A stretch of DNA of 64,000 bases from the IMG/VR virus record IMGVR_UViG_2791355405_000002, positions 1 through 64,000 of that record; one strand, written 5' to 3'. A program made the position numbers and the translations under genes. Below, in pieces: positions 17,770 through 28,575 of the stretch. The notes under the pieces are model-generated. The model made no database searches, was not told where the DNA came from, and was given only the letters and a program-made list of their open reading frames with translations. Position 1 is the first letter of the stretch. Every line of letters starts with the position of its first letter. This stretch comes from a virus. Lineage: Duplodnaviria > Caudoviricetes.

Positions 17770-19149
17770 TCATCCGATCGTGCGCGCCGCCGATGCCAGG
17801 CCCTTGGACGAGGTCGTGCCGGTCACCGTCGGCTTCACGATCCGCTGGTGCCAGGCCGGCCACACCATCGCGTCCAGCCGGTCAGGACTCCAGTCCAGCT
17901 CGTCGTACCAGGTGCACATCTGGTCCTCCAGCTCCGCGAACTCCCCGACCATGTGCCAACGGCCTTGCTCAGACAACGCGCTGACCGGCTCCGCGCGGAC
18001 CTTCTTCCCCCGCGTCGCGCGCACGACCTTGATGGGGATGTTGACGCCCATGGCGTCGGCGGCGGCGCGGATCGTGTTGACGGCCATGTCCCCACCGAAG
18101 TTCACCTCACAGCAGATGTCGTCCGCCTCGTAGTCGACGGCCGCCTGCACGGCCCGGCGGCCCCAGCCGTCCGGGGAGAGGTGGCACGTGCGGTCGGCGA
18201 GGACGTAGCCGTGGGCGAGCATCGCCGGACGCTCCCGGCCGTTCACCACGCGCAGGTGCTCCTGCATCGCCTTGCCCACCACCACGATTCCCTGCTCGCC
18301 CCGACCGCCCGAGGGGTCCACGCCGACGGACGTGCGCATGAGGGGCGGCAGGTCGCTCGGGCGCAGCCGGTGCTCGTCGATCATCGGCCGGGTCCACAAC
18401 GCGTTCTCGTCGGCGTCGATGATCTCGGCGTGGAGTTCCTGGCGGCCGATCTGCGTGCCCGCGTAGGCGTCCTCCAGCGCGTTGCGGATGTCCTCCGGTA
18501 GGTGCGGGTTGTCGTACATGGACGCCCGGGTGCGCACCACGTTGGCTATCTCGCCGGCCGCGAGTTTCTTGATCAGGGTCCGGGGCTTCGGGGTGGTGGA
18601 GGCTATCCAGTGCGGACGCGGCCCGGTGCGAAGACCGAACCGCATCTGGTCCCAGGTCTGGTCGAGGTAACGCCAGGCGGCCAATTCCTCCAGCCACGAG
18701 AGGCAGCGGTTACCGCCGGAGCGCAAACGCTCGACGTCCTCGGGGCTGTGCGCGCCGAAGATCTTCGCCTCGGAGCCGTTCGGCCACCGGATGACCGTGC
18801 CGCCCTGGACGGTGCGCATCACGGCCTCGGGGCTGTGCACCCGAAGGCCCGACGGTCCGGCGTAGCAGGACGTCGCCGCGTCGCCGAGGGTCGGCGCGAT
18901 GATGCCTATCCAGTGCGGGATCGGGCCGGGCAGGCACGGCGGGCCCATGACGTGCTCGTGGACGTACCGCGCGCAGGCGTCCGTCTTCCCCGCACCACGG
19001 CCGGCGAGGAGCAGCCAGCCGTACCAGTCGCCATCTGGCGGGACCTGGTGGGGCAGCGGAGTCCAGCGCGGCTCGGTCACCAACCGCGCGTGCATCAGCA
19101 GCTTCTCGGCCGCCGCGCGGCTCAGCATCCGATCCACCATGAGGGTCAT
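17770..19149 (-). CDS. terL: Terminase large subunit
   Basis: LLLAGRGAGKT Walker A, WLEELAAW Walker B, VGVDPSG and SPDRLDA nuclease motifs; start 19149 or 19140. Confidence 0.92.
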   Translation of the reverse strand: MTLMVDRMLSRAAAEKLLMHARLVTEPRWTPLPHQVPPDGDWYGWLLLAGRGAGKTDACARYVHEHVMGPPCLPGPIPHWIGIIAPTLGDAATSCYAGPSGLRVHSPEAVMRTVQGGTVIRWPNGSEAKIFGAHSPEDVERLRSGGNRCLSWLEELAAWRYLDQTWDQMRFGLRTGPRPHWIASTTPKPRTLIKKLAAGEIANVVRTRASMYDNPHLPEDIRNALEDAYAGTQIGRQELHAEIIDADENALWTRPMIDEHRLRPSDLPPLMRTSVGVDPSGGRGEQGIVVVGKAMQEHLRVVNGRERPAMLAHGYVLADRTCHLSPDGWGRRAVQAAVDYEADDICCEVNFGGDMAVNTIRAAADAMGVNIPIKVVRATRGKKVRAEPVSALSEQGRWHMVGEFAELEDQMCTWYDELDWSPDRLDAMVWPAWHQRIVKPTVTGTTSSKGLASAARTIG

Positions 19150-19298
19150 TGTCGGCTGCGCGGCGGCGCGCGGTTCCCGGAGCACGACGGAGCCCGTGCC
19201 TGCTGCTGGGCGGCACGGGCTCCGCGCGGCGGGCTGCGGGGTAAGGCGGTCCCCGCTCCGGTCCTTGAGGCCTGCCCGCGAGGCAGCCTGTGGGGCGT

Positions 19299-20408
<1,110 letters not shown>

Positions 20409-21224
20409 TCAGGTCGTCGCGGCTTCGGGCAGCAGTCCGAGGGCGCGGGCCTTGCGCAGAGCCTCGGGCAGCCGCGTCCCCTTGTCCATCCACGCCACGT
20501 CCAGCCGCCGGTATGCCTCGGACAACCTGGACGCGCACGAGCCCGGGGGCATCTCCAGCCTGGTCGCGGTCTGCGACAAAGACGCGCCCTTCTCCAGCTC
20601 CAGCAGGATGCTGACCTGCGTGTCAGACAGATGAACCGGGGACTGCGCGCTGCTCGGCCGGGGCGGAGGCTGGTTCCTCAGCAAGCCGCGCATCCGGGCC
20701 TCGCGTAGGGCCACCTCGCGGCGGACCGGCGGCGGGAGCTGTGCGACGCCGAGCGCGGCGTACGCCTCAGCAGTGAGGGACTTCACGGTCCGGTGGCTGA
20801 CGCCCCACGCCTTGCACACCTGCTCCTGCGTGCGCCCCGCGTCGAACGCGCGCAGGAGCCTCACGTGGGGTTCGGCGAGCTGGACCGGCCGGCGCGTGGC
20901 GGCCTCGGCGTCCATGCGTTCCCGGTTGCCTCGCTTGCAGGCGGCGCAGATGGGTTCGTCCCGCTTGAGGTGGCGGCGGTAGGCCGCCAGCAGACCGCAG
21001 TCCTCGTACGGGCCTATGTGCCCGGCCAGCAGGCCGTTGCGGACGGCCTGCGCGGCGGTGGCCACGCCCATGACCGCGTAGATGCGGGCGCAGGTCTTCC
21101 GTACGACGCCCGGGGCCCCATCGGTCTTGCGGGCGATGTCCGCGCAGGTGTGGCCGGTGGACAGCAGCCACAGGATGTGACGTTGACGCTCGGTCAGGAC
21201 GATGGGCTGCGGTGCGGTGTCCAC
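20409..21224 (-). CDS. Regulator with three LuxR-type HTH repeats and a Cys/His zinc motif
   Basis: LTERQRHIL, LAEPHVRLL, LSDTQVSIL repeats; CGLLAAYRRH...CAAC. Confidence 0.75.
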   Translation of the reverse strand: MDTAPQPIVLTERQRHILWLLSTGHTCADIARKTDGAPGVVRKTCARIYAVMGVATAAQAVRNGLLAGHIGPYEDCGLLAAYRRHLKRDEPICAACKRGNRERMDAEAATRRPVQLAEPHVRLLRAFDAGRTQEQVCKAWGVSHRTVKSLTAEAYAALGVAQLPPPVRREVALREARMRGLLRNQPPPRPSSAQSPVHLSDTQVSILLELEKGASLSQTATRLEMPPGSCASRLSEAYRRLDVAWMDKGTRLPEALRKARALGLLPEAATT

Positions 21225-21338
21225 CTCGGCCGCTCCTTCCGTAGATTGGGGTGGGCCCCGGGTCACGTCCACTGACCCGGGGCCCTTGTCGACCGGCGAC
21301 GTCCCGGGCAGAATCACCGGGCCTGCCAGGACACTTTC

Positions 21339-21378
21339 ATTTAGTTAAATCCCCGATTGATGGTTTTGCTAAACCATC
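21339..21378. promoter_or_regulatory. Two degenerate AT-rich palindromes upstream of the LuxR-like gene
   Basis: ATTTAGTTAAAT and GATGGTTT-TGCT-AAACCATC. Confidence 0.55.
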
Positions 21379-21384
21379 TGGGCC

Positions 21385-22467
21385 TCACAGCTCCAGCCAA
21401 AGCGGGTTGTCCAGCGACCAGCGCACGGTGGTCTCGATGGACTTCTCCAGCGGCACAGGCGGCTCCCACCCGAGGCGGGCCATGCGGGAGCCGTCCAGGG
21501 CGTAGCGCAGGTCGTGGCCGGGGCGTGAGGCGTGGAAGGCGATGGGCTCGATGAGGTCGTCCACCACGGCGGAGTCCAGACCCATAGCCTCCCCCACCAG
21601 GTGCACCAGCTCTACGTTGTTCACCTCGCGCTCGCCGACGATGTTGTACCGCTCCGGCCGGGTGAAGGCGCCGTCTCGGTACTGCGCCGGGCCCATGGCG
21701 ATGCGTATGGTCTCGCCGCCGAGGGTGGTCACCTCGGGCTCGTCCTCGGTGTACCGCCGCGTCAGGAACAGCCAGGCGTCAGCCAGATTCCGTGCGTGCA
21801 GGTAGAAGCGGGAGCCGGGGGTGCCGTCGGGCGCGGTGTGTACCAGGAGCGGACGACCTGCGCGCAGACACTTGATGATCTTCGGCAGGAACTTCTCGCC
21901 GTCCTGCATCTCGCCGATGATGTTCATGGTGTTGGTCAGGACGACCGGCACGCCGTAGGTCCGCCAGTAGCTGATCGCTATGACCTCCTGCGCGGCCTTG
22001 CTCGCCGAGTACGGGTTGGACGGCACGGCCGGCTCCCACTCCGCGTGCCGGTGGTCCCCGTAGGCCGGGCCGTAGACCTCGTCCGTGGACATCTGGAGGA
22101 ACAACCGGGGCTTGATGGCCCGCGCGACCTCCAGGATGTTGAGCATCAGCGAGGTGTTGTTCTGCACGAACGTCACCGGGTGAGCGATGGAGCGGTCCAC
22201 GTGGCTCTCGCTCGCGACATTCATGATGACGTCGCAGTCCTCGAACTGGTGCAGCGTCAGCGGGTCGGCCGGGGCTCGCATGTCCCAGTGCACGACGTCC
22301 ACCCGATCCGTCCACCGCAGATCGCATACCGCCGAGGCGATCCGGGCTGGCAGGCCCTTGTGGTGGAAGCTGACCGGACAGGTGATGTCCCAGTCGGTGT
22401 TCGTCAGCAGGTGGCGCAAGAGGTGGCTGCCGACGAAGCCCGACGCACCGGTGAGCAGAACGCGCAT
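21385..22467 (-). CDS. NAD-dependent NDP-sugar 4,6-dehydratase (dTDP-glucose 4,6-dehydratase-like)
   Basis: LTGASGFVG, ASESHVDRSI, STDEVYG, NPYSASK, RPGHDLRYALD. Confidence 0.9.
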   Translation of the reverse strand: MRVLLTGASGFVGSHLLRHLLTNTDWDITCPVSFHHKGLPARIASAVCDLRWTDRVDVVHWDMRAPADPLTLHQFEDCDVIMNVASESHVDRSIAHPVTFVQNNTSLMLNILEVARAIKPRLFLQMSTDEVYGPAYGDHRHAEWEPAVPSNPYSASKAAQEVIAISYWRTYGVPVVLTNTMNIIGEMQDGEKFLPKIIKCLRAGRPLLVHTAPDGTPGSRFYLHARNLADAWLFLTRRYTEDEPEVTTLGGETIRIAMGPAQYRDGAFTRPERYNIVGEREVNNVELVHLVGEAMGLDSAVVDDLIEPIAFHASRPGHDLRYALDGSRMARLGWEPPVPLEKSIETTVRWSLDNPLWLEL

Positions 22468-22640
22468 GGCCCCTCGTCTCCTTGGTCCCTGATCGTGGCC
22501 GGATGGTAGCCAGGGACCGGAGAATCGCCGAACAGCCCAGGAAACGCAGGAACCGCCCGGTGCGGCGCCGGGCGGTTCCAGAGCTGAGGCGGTGCTCATG
22601 AGCCCGCCGTCCCGAGTGTCGTACCCAGACGGCCCGCCGC

Positions 22641-22895
22641 TTACTCGCTGGACATCTGGTCACGCACCGTCGCGTCGTAGGTGCGCTCGACGTAGAGCAC
22701 CTCCTGCTCGGTGCCGTTCGCGTAGTCGGCGCGCAGCGTCGCCAGGGCCGTCTCCAGGTACGGCTGGAACTCCTCGAACGCCGTCCGCCGGTCACCGCTG
22801 TTCGTCGTGACCGTGATCTGAACCGGCAGATTGTTGCTGGTCGCGAGCGTGTAGGTGATCCGCGTGGTCTCGAACCCGTCAGTGGGAAGGGGCAC
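22641..22895 (-). CDS. Hypothetical protein
   Basis: GTG with AGGAGG RBS. Confidence 0.65.
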   Translation of the reverse strand: MPLPTDGFETTRITYTLATSNNLPVQITVTTNSGDRRTAFEEFQPYLETALATLRADYANGTEQEVLYVERTYDATVRDQMSSE

Positions 22896-22960
22896 GTCTG
22901 CCTCCTGTGTCGTGGGTGAGTCCCGGATGATGCCACCGAACGCCACGCGCACCTACCAGC

Positions 22961-23593
22961 TCACTCCGGCTCCTCTGCCTCTCCGACGACCTCGCCCTCC
23001 AGGACGCGCAGGTGCGCGCCGGCGGCCTCCAGCATCCGCTGCCGCTGCGCGGGCTCCAGCTCAACCGCGTTGGCGCCGGCCAGGATCGCCTCCACGACCA
23101 CGGTCGTCTCTTCGTCGACCCGGCGGTCCAGGGCGATGGTCAGCTTCTCCGAGGCGTCCGTGCCGTCGATCTTCGCCTGGCGTTCCTCGATGCGCATCAG
23201 CCGGTCGATGGCCGCGAGGACGGGCCCGCTGTCCCGCAGCGGATTGCCCTCCTCATCGCGGACGATTTGGCCCGCGTGCAGCACGTAGTGCGGCCGGGCG
23301 AGCACCGCGTGGACCTGGCGGCGCAGCCCGTCCAGCCGCATCCGCGCGGCCTCACGGTATTCCTCCAGCCCCATGCCGAGTTCCTTGTTGGCCTGCTTCA
23401 GCGCGCGGGAGACGTCCACGCACGCGGCGGCGGCCGACGGGTTGCCCTCGGAGTCCAGGTAGTGCGGGGCCATCTGCTCAGCGACCTGCTGCCAGCTCAG
23501 GCCCCGGTTCTTCAGTTCGATGGCCTTCGCGCGCCGCTGCGCCACCATCGCCCGGTGGCTCGGCTGCTGGTTGGGTGGATCACCCTTCGCCAT
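22961..23593 (-). CDS. terS: Terminase small subunit-like HTH protein
   Basis: RRAKAIELKNRGLSWQQVA HTH; LAAIDRLMRIEERQAKIDG segment typical of actinophage TerS. Confidence 0.65.
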   Translation of the reverse strand: MAKGDPPNQQPSHRAMVAQRRAKAIELKNRGLSWQQVAEQMAPHYLDSEGNPSAAAACVDVSRALKQANKELGMGLEEYREAARMRLDGLRRQVHAVLARPHYVLHAGQIVRDEEGNPLRDSGPVLAAIDRLMRIEERQAKIDGTDASEKLTIALDRRVDEETTVVVEAILAGANAVELEPAQRQRMLEAAGAHLRVLEGEVVGEAEEPE

Positions 23594-23614
23594 AGTCCTT
23601 AGCCTCCCTAACGG

Positions 23615-24517
23615 TTAACGCGGTTCACGCAGGACGCCCTTGGTGCGCTCGCGGTACTCCCGGGCCCGGCTGATCTCCTCGGCCTCGCTGCCGCACTTAG
23701 TCATCGCGGTGCGCATGTAACTGACGACCGAGATCCGCTCGGCTCCGCAGGTCTCGCAGTACGCCGTGCGCTTCTCCCCGCAGGCACAGACGAGGGCCGT
23801 GTTGCCGTGCCACTGGTGAGCGTCCATCAGGATCAGGTCACCGTCCTGGAGATCGACCGCGACGCGGAACTCCGGGAAGACGAACCGGCCGCCGGTGTAC
23901 TCGCCCCGTCGCAGACAGAAGATCGTACTGAACCCCTTGTCCAGGTCACCCTTGTCCGTGTGGACGCCGGTCGGGTACGTGTTGTTGACAGTGATCGTCG
24001 TGAACGGGGTGTGTGGGACGACCCAGTCCGGATGCGTCTGCTCGATCTCCTCCATCTGCGCCGCGTACCGCTCGGGCACGTGCGTGCGCATGTTGTCCGC
24101 GACGGCTTGGAGCGCCGGGCGCAGCGCCTCCCACCTGGGGAGGTTCCGACCGGTCCACGCCGTCAACCGGCAGAACTTGAACGTGCCGTTCGGGTCGAAC
24201 GAGCCGAGGATGGATGAGCTGACGTACTTGAAGTACTGGCGTTTCTGTTCCCCCGGCCGGACGGCCTGTGAGCCCGAGGCCGGGCCCCGGTTGTGGGTTT
24301 TGTCGCCGCGCAGCGAATGCAGGATCTCGTACTGCTCCTCGGTCACGACGTCGCGCATCGCGCCGGGCAGGTAGACGCACAGCGGCTGCCCGTTGGGCAT
24401 GAACACCCGGGACGGGCCGGTCAGCAGCACGTTGTAGGCGTCGTCGCCGATGACCTTGCCGATCTTCTCGTCCAACTCCTGCTTGCTGATGCGCGAGCGC
24501 AGGCGAATGGAGATCAC
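23615..24517 (-). CDS. TET/JBP-family 2OG-Fe(II) dioxygenase
   Basis: FTTITVN, HTDKGD (HxD), HQWHGN and ERISVVSY motifs; GTGA overlap. Confidence 0.85.
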   Translation of the reverse strand: MISIRLRSRISKQELDEKIGKVIGDDAYNVLLTGPSRVFMPNGQPLCVYLPGAMRDVVTEEQYEILHSLRGDKTHNRGPASGSQAVRPGEQKRQYFKYVSSSILGSFDPNGTFKFCRLTAWTGRNLPRWEALRPALQAVADNMRTHVPERYAAQMEEIEQTHPDWVVPHTPFTTITVNNTYPTGVHTDKGDLDKGFSTIFCLRRGEYTGGRFVFPEFRVAVDLQDGDLILMDAHQWHGNTALVCACGEKRTAYCETCGAERISVVSYMRTAMTKCGSEAEEISRAREYRERTKGVLREPR

Positions 24518-25089
24518 CAGGTCACCTCCAGGGCAACGGGCGGGAAGACGTCGCGCACCTCGGCCACCATCTCCGCCAGGCTGTACTGCTCCACATCGAT
24601 GCACCGCAGCCTGACGCCCGGGGCGCCGGCGGCCCACTCCGATATGCGCTGAGCCCGGGTGGCCGCGCCCTTGCGCCAGGACGGGTTCTGCTTCGCGCCG
24701 CGCTCGCGCCACCGTGCGTCCAGTAGCGCCGGCGAGGCCATCAGCTCCACCACCGTCACCGCGACGCCCTGTCCGGCGAGGCCTCCGAGGAAGGGCCGCG
24801 TGGCCAGGCGAGCGCCCTCACCGAGGGCGAAGTGGACGTAGGCAGCCGACAGGAACTGAAGTGCCCGGGGCCCTATGTCCATGGCCAGGGCGTCGGTGCC
24901 GGGGAAGTCCTCGCGGGGCACTCCGAGTTCCAGGCCGACGGTGCGGCCGGTCGCCGGGTGGTTCAGCCGCGTGTGAGGGACGGCGTGGTGACGGCTCACC
25001 TCAAGGTCCCAGCCGGTGCGCAACTCCCGCGCCAGCGTGGACTTGCCCACCCCGGGCGGGCCGACGATGTAGAGCAGCTCGCTGATCAC
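24514..25089 (-). CDS. P-loop nucleotide/DNA kinase (5hmU DNA kinase-like)
   Basis: YIVGPPGVGKST, FPGTDALAM, EGARL and QNPSW motifs; inside the modification operon. Confidence 0.75.
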   Translation of the reverse strand: MISELLYIVGPPGVGKSTLARELRTGWDLEVSRHHAVPHTRLNHPATGRTVGLELGVPREDFPGTDALAMDIGPRALQFLSAAYVHFALGEGARLATRPFLGGLAGQGVAVTVVELMASPALLDARWRERGAKQNPSWRKGAATRAQRISEWAAGAPGVRLRCIDVEQYSLAEMVAEVRDVFPPVALEVTW

Positions 25090-25922
25090 AGACCCTCCCC
25101 GGCCAGACGCGCCGCGAGACGCTGAGCAGCGGCCGGCGCTGTGGAGTACCCGGAGCGCCCGAAGCCCGTCAGGGCCCACACCCTCGGCTCCACCTCGCAC
25201 GCGGCAGGGCCCGCCGGCGGGGTGTACCTCACGCCCTCCCGGTAGACCCAGGGCGCCTCGGGGTCGACCAGCCCCTCGTGGCACATGCGCGAGAGGATGC
25301 GTTCAGCTCGCTGCCGGGCACCGGAGGCGGTCGACGCCTTGGAGGCCCCGACCCGCGTGAACGTCCCGTCCCAAGCCGCCGTGTGGCTGAGCCGGTCGGT
25401 GACGCGCAGCAGAGCGAGCGGCCCTGGCCCGGCGAGGTGTCTGCCGGGCGCCTCCCATACGCCTCCGTAGGTGAGTGCCCGCGATGCGCCGGTCGCGGAC
25501 CGGGCCGTGGAGAGTACTAGGGCGTCCGTCTCGGTCCGGGTGCCGTCGGCGAGTGTGACAGCCACGACGTGGCCCGCCCCCTTCCACGCGGTGACGTGTT
25601 GGGCCACATCCGGGTCGACCAGAGGCCCGAGAGGGTCGACGAGGTAGTGGTCACCCTGCCGGACCGTACGCCCGCGCCGGAGATCCTTGACCTCGGCGGA
25701 GTCGTCGACCAGCCACCCGTGCCTGCCGTACCAGGCCAGAGCCGCCCGCACGTCGGTTCGCTGGTCGCCCGTCCACCAGGCGGTCCGGGTGAAGGCGAAC
25801 GCGCACCGGCTCGCCGCGCTCTGCGAGTACCCGTCGGCCACCGTCACATCGTGCCCGCGTTCACGCAGTGCACGGGCCACGCAGCTTCCGGCGATCCCCG
25901 CGCCGGCCACCATCACTCTCAC
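25086..25922 (-). CDS. FAD-dependent oxidoreductase
   Basis: VAGAGIAG Rossmann motif; C-terminal TGFGRSG. Confidence 0.82.
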   Translation of the reverse strand: MRVMVAGAGIAGSCVARALRERGHDVTVADGYSQSAASRCAFAFTRTAWWTGDQRTDVRAALAWYGRHGWLVDDSAEVKDLRRGRTVRQGDHYLVDPLGPLVDPDVAQHVTAWKGAGHVVAVTLADGTRTETDALVLSTARSATGASRALTYGGVWEAPGRHLAGPGPLALLRVTDRLSHTAAWDGTFTRVGASKASTASGARQRAERILSRMCHEGLVDPEAPWVYREGVRYTPPAGPAACEVEPRVWALTGFGRSGYSTAPAAAQRLAARLAGEGL

Positions 25923-26836
25923 TGCGGTGTCCTCTCAGGTATACGGCCGGTGTCCCGGTAGACCTTCCGGCGCCCGGCGTCCACCCCGTTCCACCCGTTC
26001 AGCTCTCCGAGGTAGGCCCTCGGCAGCTCCTGGAGACGGGCGGCATAGGCGGCTCCGGCCAGCTCGCTGGGGACCTGGTCGAGCTGATGCTGCATCTTGT
26101 CGATGTCGTGGCCCGGGTAGTAGCCACCCCGGCTCATCGAGTGGAAGTCGCACAGTGACGTCTCAGCGGTCTCGACGCTGACCGAGGGCACCGCCCCGGC
26201 CATGAGGCTCACCAGGCCGTCGGAGACTCGGTTGAGTTCCCGAACAGCCGCAGGGCCGTTGCCGGACGGCAGGCCGGAGTACAGCAGTCCCAGGCCCTTG
26301 CGAGGGCCGGACGAGTGGGCGTGCCCCATGTCCGGCGCCGCGACGTTCGCCCCGCATACCTGTTGCAGCATCTCGCAGGTCTTGAAGGCGGCCCAGCGGC
26401 CGTTGCCCGGGATGCTCAGGAGCCGGCCGGAGAGCATCGCCCAGTTGTCCCGGGGGCCGCCGCCGTCCAGACCCCGCATGAGCCAGCCGCTCAGGCCTCT
26501 GGGGTCTTCGCGGGCAACTTGCTGGACAGCGGAGAGGTGGCGGTGCAGCGCTCTGCGGGACCAGTGGCCGCGCCGCTCGGTGGCCACCGGCAGATCCATG
26601 ACAGCGTCGGAGGCTCGGGCCGGGTCGGGGACGGCCGCGAAAGCACGCAGTGCGGAGCCGAGGTGGTAGTAGGCGACGTGGCACACGACCAGCCACACCC
26701 GTTGTTCGTCCGTCAGGGACAGGCTGTCGGCCATCTGCCGCAGCACCGGGTACACCGGGTCCATGTCCCGGGTGCTCGTCTGCAACCGGTGGAAGGCGAG
26801 GTAGTCGTCCAGCAGCGCGCTGTTCGGTTCGCTCAC
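25919..26836 (-). CDS. Amino acid:DNA transferase (aGPT-Pplase2-like)
   Basis: DMDPVY, AYYH, ERRGH, GNGRWAAFK and ETSLCDF...YYPGHDI motifs. Confidence 0.78.
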   Translation of the reverse strand: MSEPNSALLDDYLAFHRLQTSTRDMDPVYPVLRQMADSLSLTDEQRVWLVVCHVAYYHLGSALRAFAAVPDPARASDAVMDLPVATERRGHWSRRALHRHLSAVQQVAREDPRGLSGWLMRGLDGGGPRDNWAMLSGRLLSIPGNGRWAAFKTCEMLQQVCGANVAAPDMGHAHSSGPRKGLGLLYSGLPSGNGPAAVRELNRVSDGLVSLMAGAVPSVSVETAETSLCDFHSMSRGGYYPGHDIDKMQHQLDQVPSELAGAAYAARLQELPRAYLGELNGWNGVDAGRRKVYRDTGRIPERTPQ

Positions 26837-27663
26837 GCCGCATCAGCCGGGGCCGCGTAGATCTCCTCGCCCCGGGCGAGGCAGTCCGCCAGCGTCAAGC
26901 CCGAGTCGGCCCCGTCCATCACCGCCACGGCGACCCGGGCCGCCCGCAGTACGACCTCGCTCTGGGTCATGGCGCCGAAGTGCTCGCGCAGCGCCAGGAT
27001 GCACCGGCCCAACTCGTCGGCCTCGGCGGTCGGCATGGCGAGGAAGATGTCCCGCACGCCGCGTGACTCGTACGGCTGGCTGTTCTCGCCGCCGTGGGAG
27101 TCCATGCGCGCCTGGCGTTCCTCGGGGTCGTCGTTGTAGCCGGCGACCGCAGGGGCGGTGTACTCGACGACGTCCTCCTCCTCGTACCGGGCCAGGATCG
27201 AGTCGGCTTCCTCGTCGGTGTAGCCGGTGCCGGCGGGGCCGCTCTCCAAGGAGCCGAGGATGGCGGCCAGGGCCTCCTCGTCATAGGCACCGTCGTCGGC
27301 CGCCTTGTTGTCGACCAGGTTGATGCGCTTGGCCGTGTCGTCGTCGCACTCGATGAGGTGGGAGAGCGCCGTCGGGTCGTCGGCGTCCACGTTGATGCAG
27401 AGCTGGCACGGCCTGTCGTTGGCCAGTTCCCAGTCCCGGCAGGCGTCACGGCCGGACTCCTCGTGCCGCAGCAGCGCCAGGTAGGTGTGGTTCCCGGCGA
27501 GGATCGTCATCGTCTCGCCCTGCCGGCGGACGGTGAGGGGCTTGTACTGGCCGTTCGCGCGCAGGGAGTCCAGGATCGTCTCCACGTTGCCCCGGCGCGC
27601 GTTGCCCTCGAACGGAGTGAGATCCTCCAGCGAGACCTGTTCGGTTCCGATGGTCGTGGTCAT
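26833..27663 (-). CDS. ParB-like N-terminal domain protein
   Basis: NARRGNV...GQYKPL...ILAGNHT, LVDNKA. Confidence 0.85.
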   Translation of the reverse strand: MTTTIGTEQVSLEDLTPFEGNARRGNVETILDSLRANGQYKPLTVRRQGETMTILAGNHTYLALLRHEESGRDACRDWELANDRPCQLCINVDADDPTALSHLIECDDDTAKRINLVDNKAADDGAYDEEALAAILGSLESGPAGTGYTDEEADSILARYEEEDVVEYTAPAVAGYNDDPEERQARMDSHGGENSQPYESRGVRDIFLAMPTAEADELGRCILALREHFGAMTQSEVVLRAARVAVAVMDGADSGLTLADCLARGEEIYAAPADAA

Positions 27664-27761
27664 GGCCGCCCCTTCGCCTGGTCGTCGGACGCGGCGATGT
27701 TAAGACCGGACCGGGGCATGATCGTTCCGGTGCTGTGGCCCCGTGAGCGGAGCGAGCGGTG

Positions 27762-27800
27762 CACGACGAAGCCCGGGGCCGTGAGGGCTCCGGGGCTCGG
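27762..27800 (-). terminator. Hairpin terminator
   Basis: GAAGCCCGGGGCC...GGCTCCGGGGCTC imperfect stem. Confidence 0.5.
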
Positions 27801-27815
27801 TGGTTCGTCGGGTGG

Positions 27816-28280
27816 TCAGAGGCAGGTGGACCGCTTGGTCCGGCCGGTCTTCCGCCAGGGCCCGAGCAGTGCGACGACGGCCCGCAGGGCGGCCCGCATG
27901 GCCGGGGCGTCGGGGTCCTCGAACCTCCCCGCCTTGCGCAAGGGGTAGTTGTCCTGCTCCGGGTCGCCGGTCTTCGGCGCCCACTCCAGCCGGGTGCCGT
28001 CGGGCCCCAGCTCCTCCAGCGCCGTCTCCGCCCGGCTCAGCACCGTGCGCACGGAGGTGAGCGCCTCTCCGCTGTCCCGGCCCCGATCGGCCGACGCGCC
28101 GGGAACCTCGGTCACGGTGACCTGGGGCGAGTCGTCGCGGTCGTAGAACGCGTCCGTGATCCACCTCGTTGCTACGTCGGTCAGTTCACGGTCCTCGTAG
28201 TACTCGTCTCCGTGCTCGGCGTCAGGGTGGCCGCGCCACTCGACGTCCACGATCAGCCTCGTGCGCCTCGGCTCAGCCAT
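27816..28280 (-). CDS. Hypothetical protein
   Basis: Coupled ORF with RBS. Confidence 0.65.
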   Translation of the reverse strand: MAEPRRTRLIVDVEWRGHPDAEHGDEYYEDRELTDVATRWITDAFYDRDDSPQVTVTEVPGASADRGRDSGEALTSVRTVLSRAETALEELGPDGTRLEWAPKTGDPEQDNYPLRKAGRFEDPDAPAMRAALRAVVALLGPWRKTGRTKRSTCL

Positions 28281-28575
28281 CTGCCTGTCCCTCCTCGGTG
28301 ACGACCAGGACCCTGTGGCCGGCCGGGAACTCGCCCGTCAGCGTCGCTCCGGTCTGGCTGCACGCCGTGATGCGCTTGCCCTCCCGGGCCGTGACGGTCC
28401 AGGCGATACCGCGCATCGGCATCTCATGCACAATGCCCGCGCCGTGCACTCGGCCGCCCTCTCCGGCGAAGTAGGCGGCCCCGGTGCCGGGGTTGACCCA
28501 CGTGTCCCCGACGGCCAGTTCGTCGGCCGGGCGCTCTCGCACGTCGCCCCATGTGTACGGGTGATCTGTGCTCAT
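28273..28575 (-). CDS. Hypothetical protein
   Basis: ATGA overlap; start-associated motif upstream. Confidence 0.65.
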   Translation of the reverse strand: MSTDHPYTWGDVRERPADELAVGDTWVNPGTGAAYFAGEGGRVHGAGIVHEMPMRGIAWTVTAREGKRITACSQTGATLTGEFPAGHRVLVVTEEGQADG

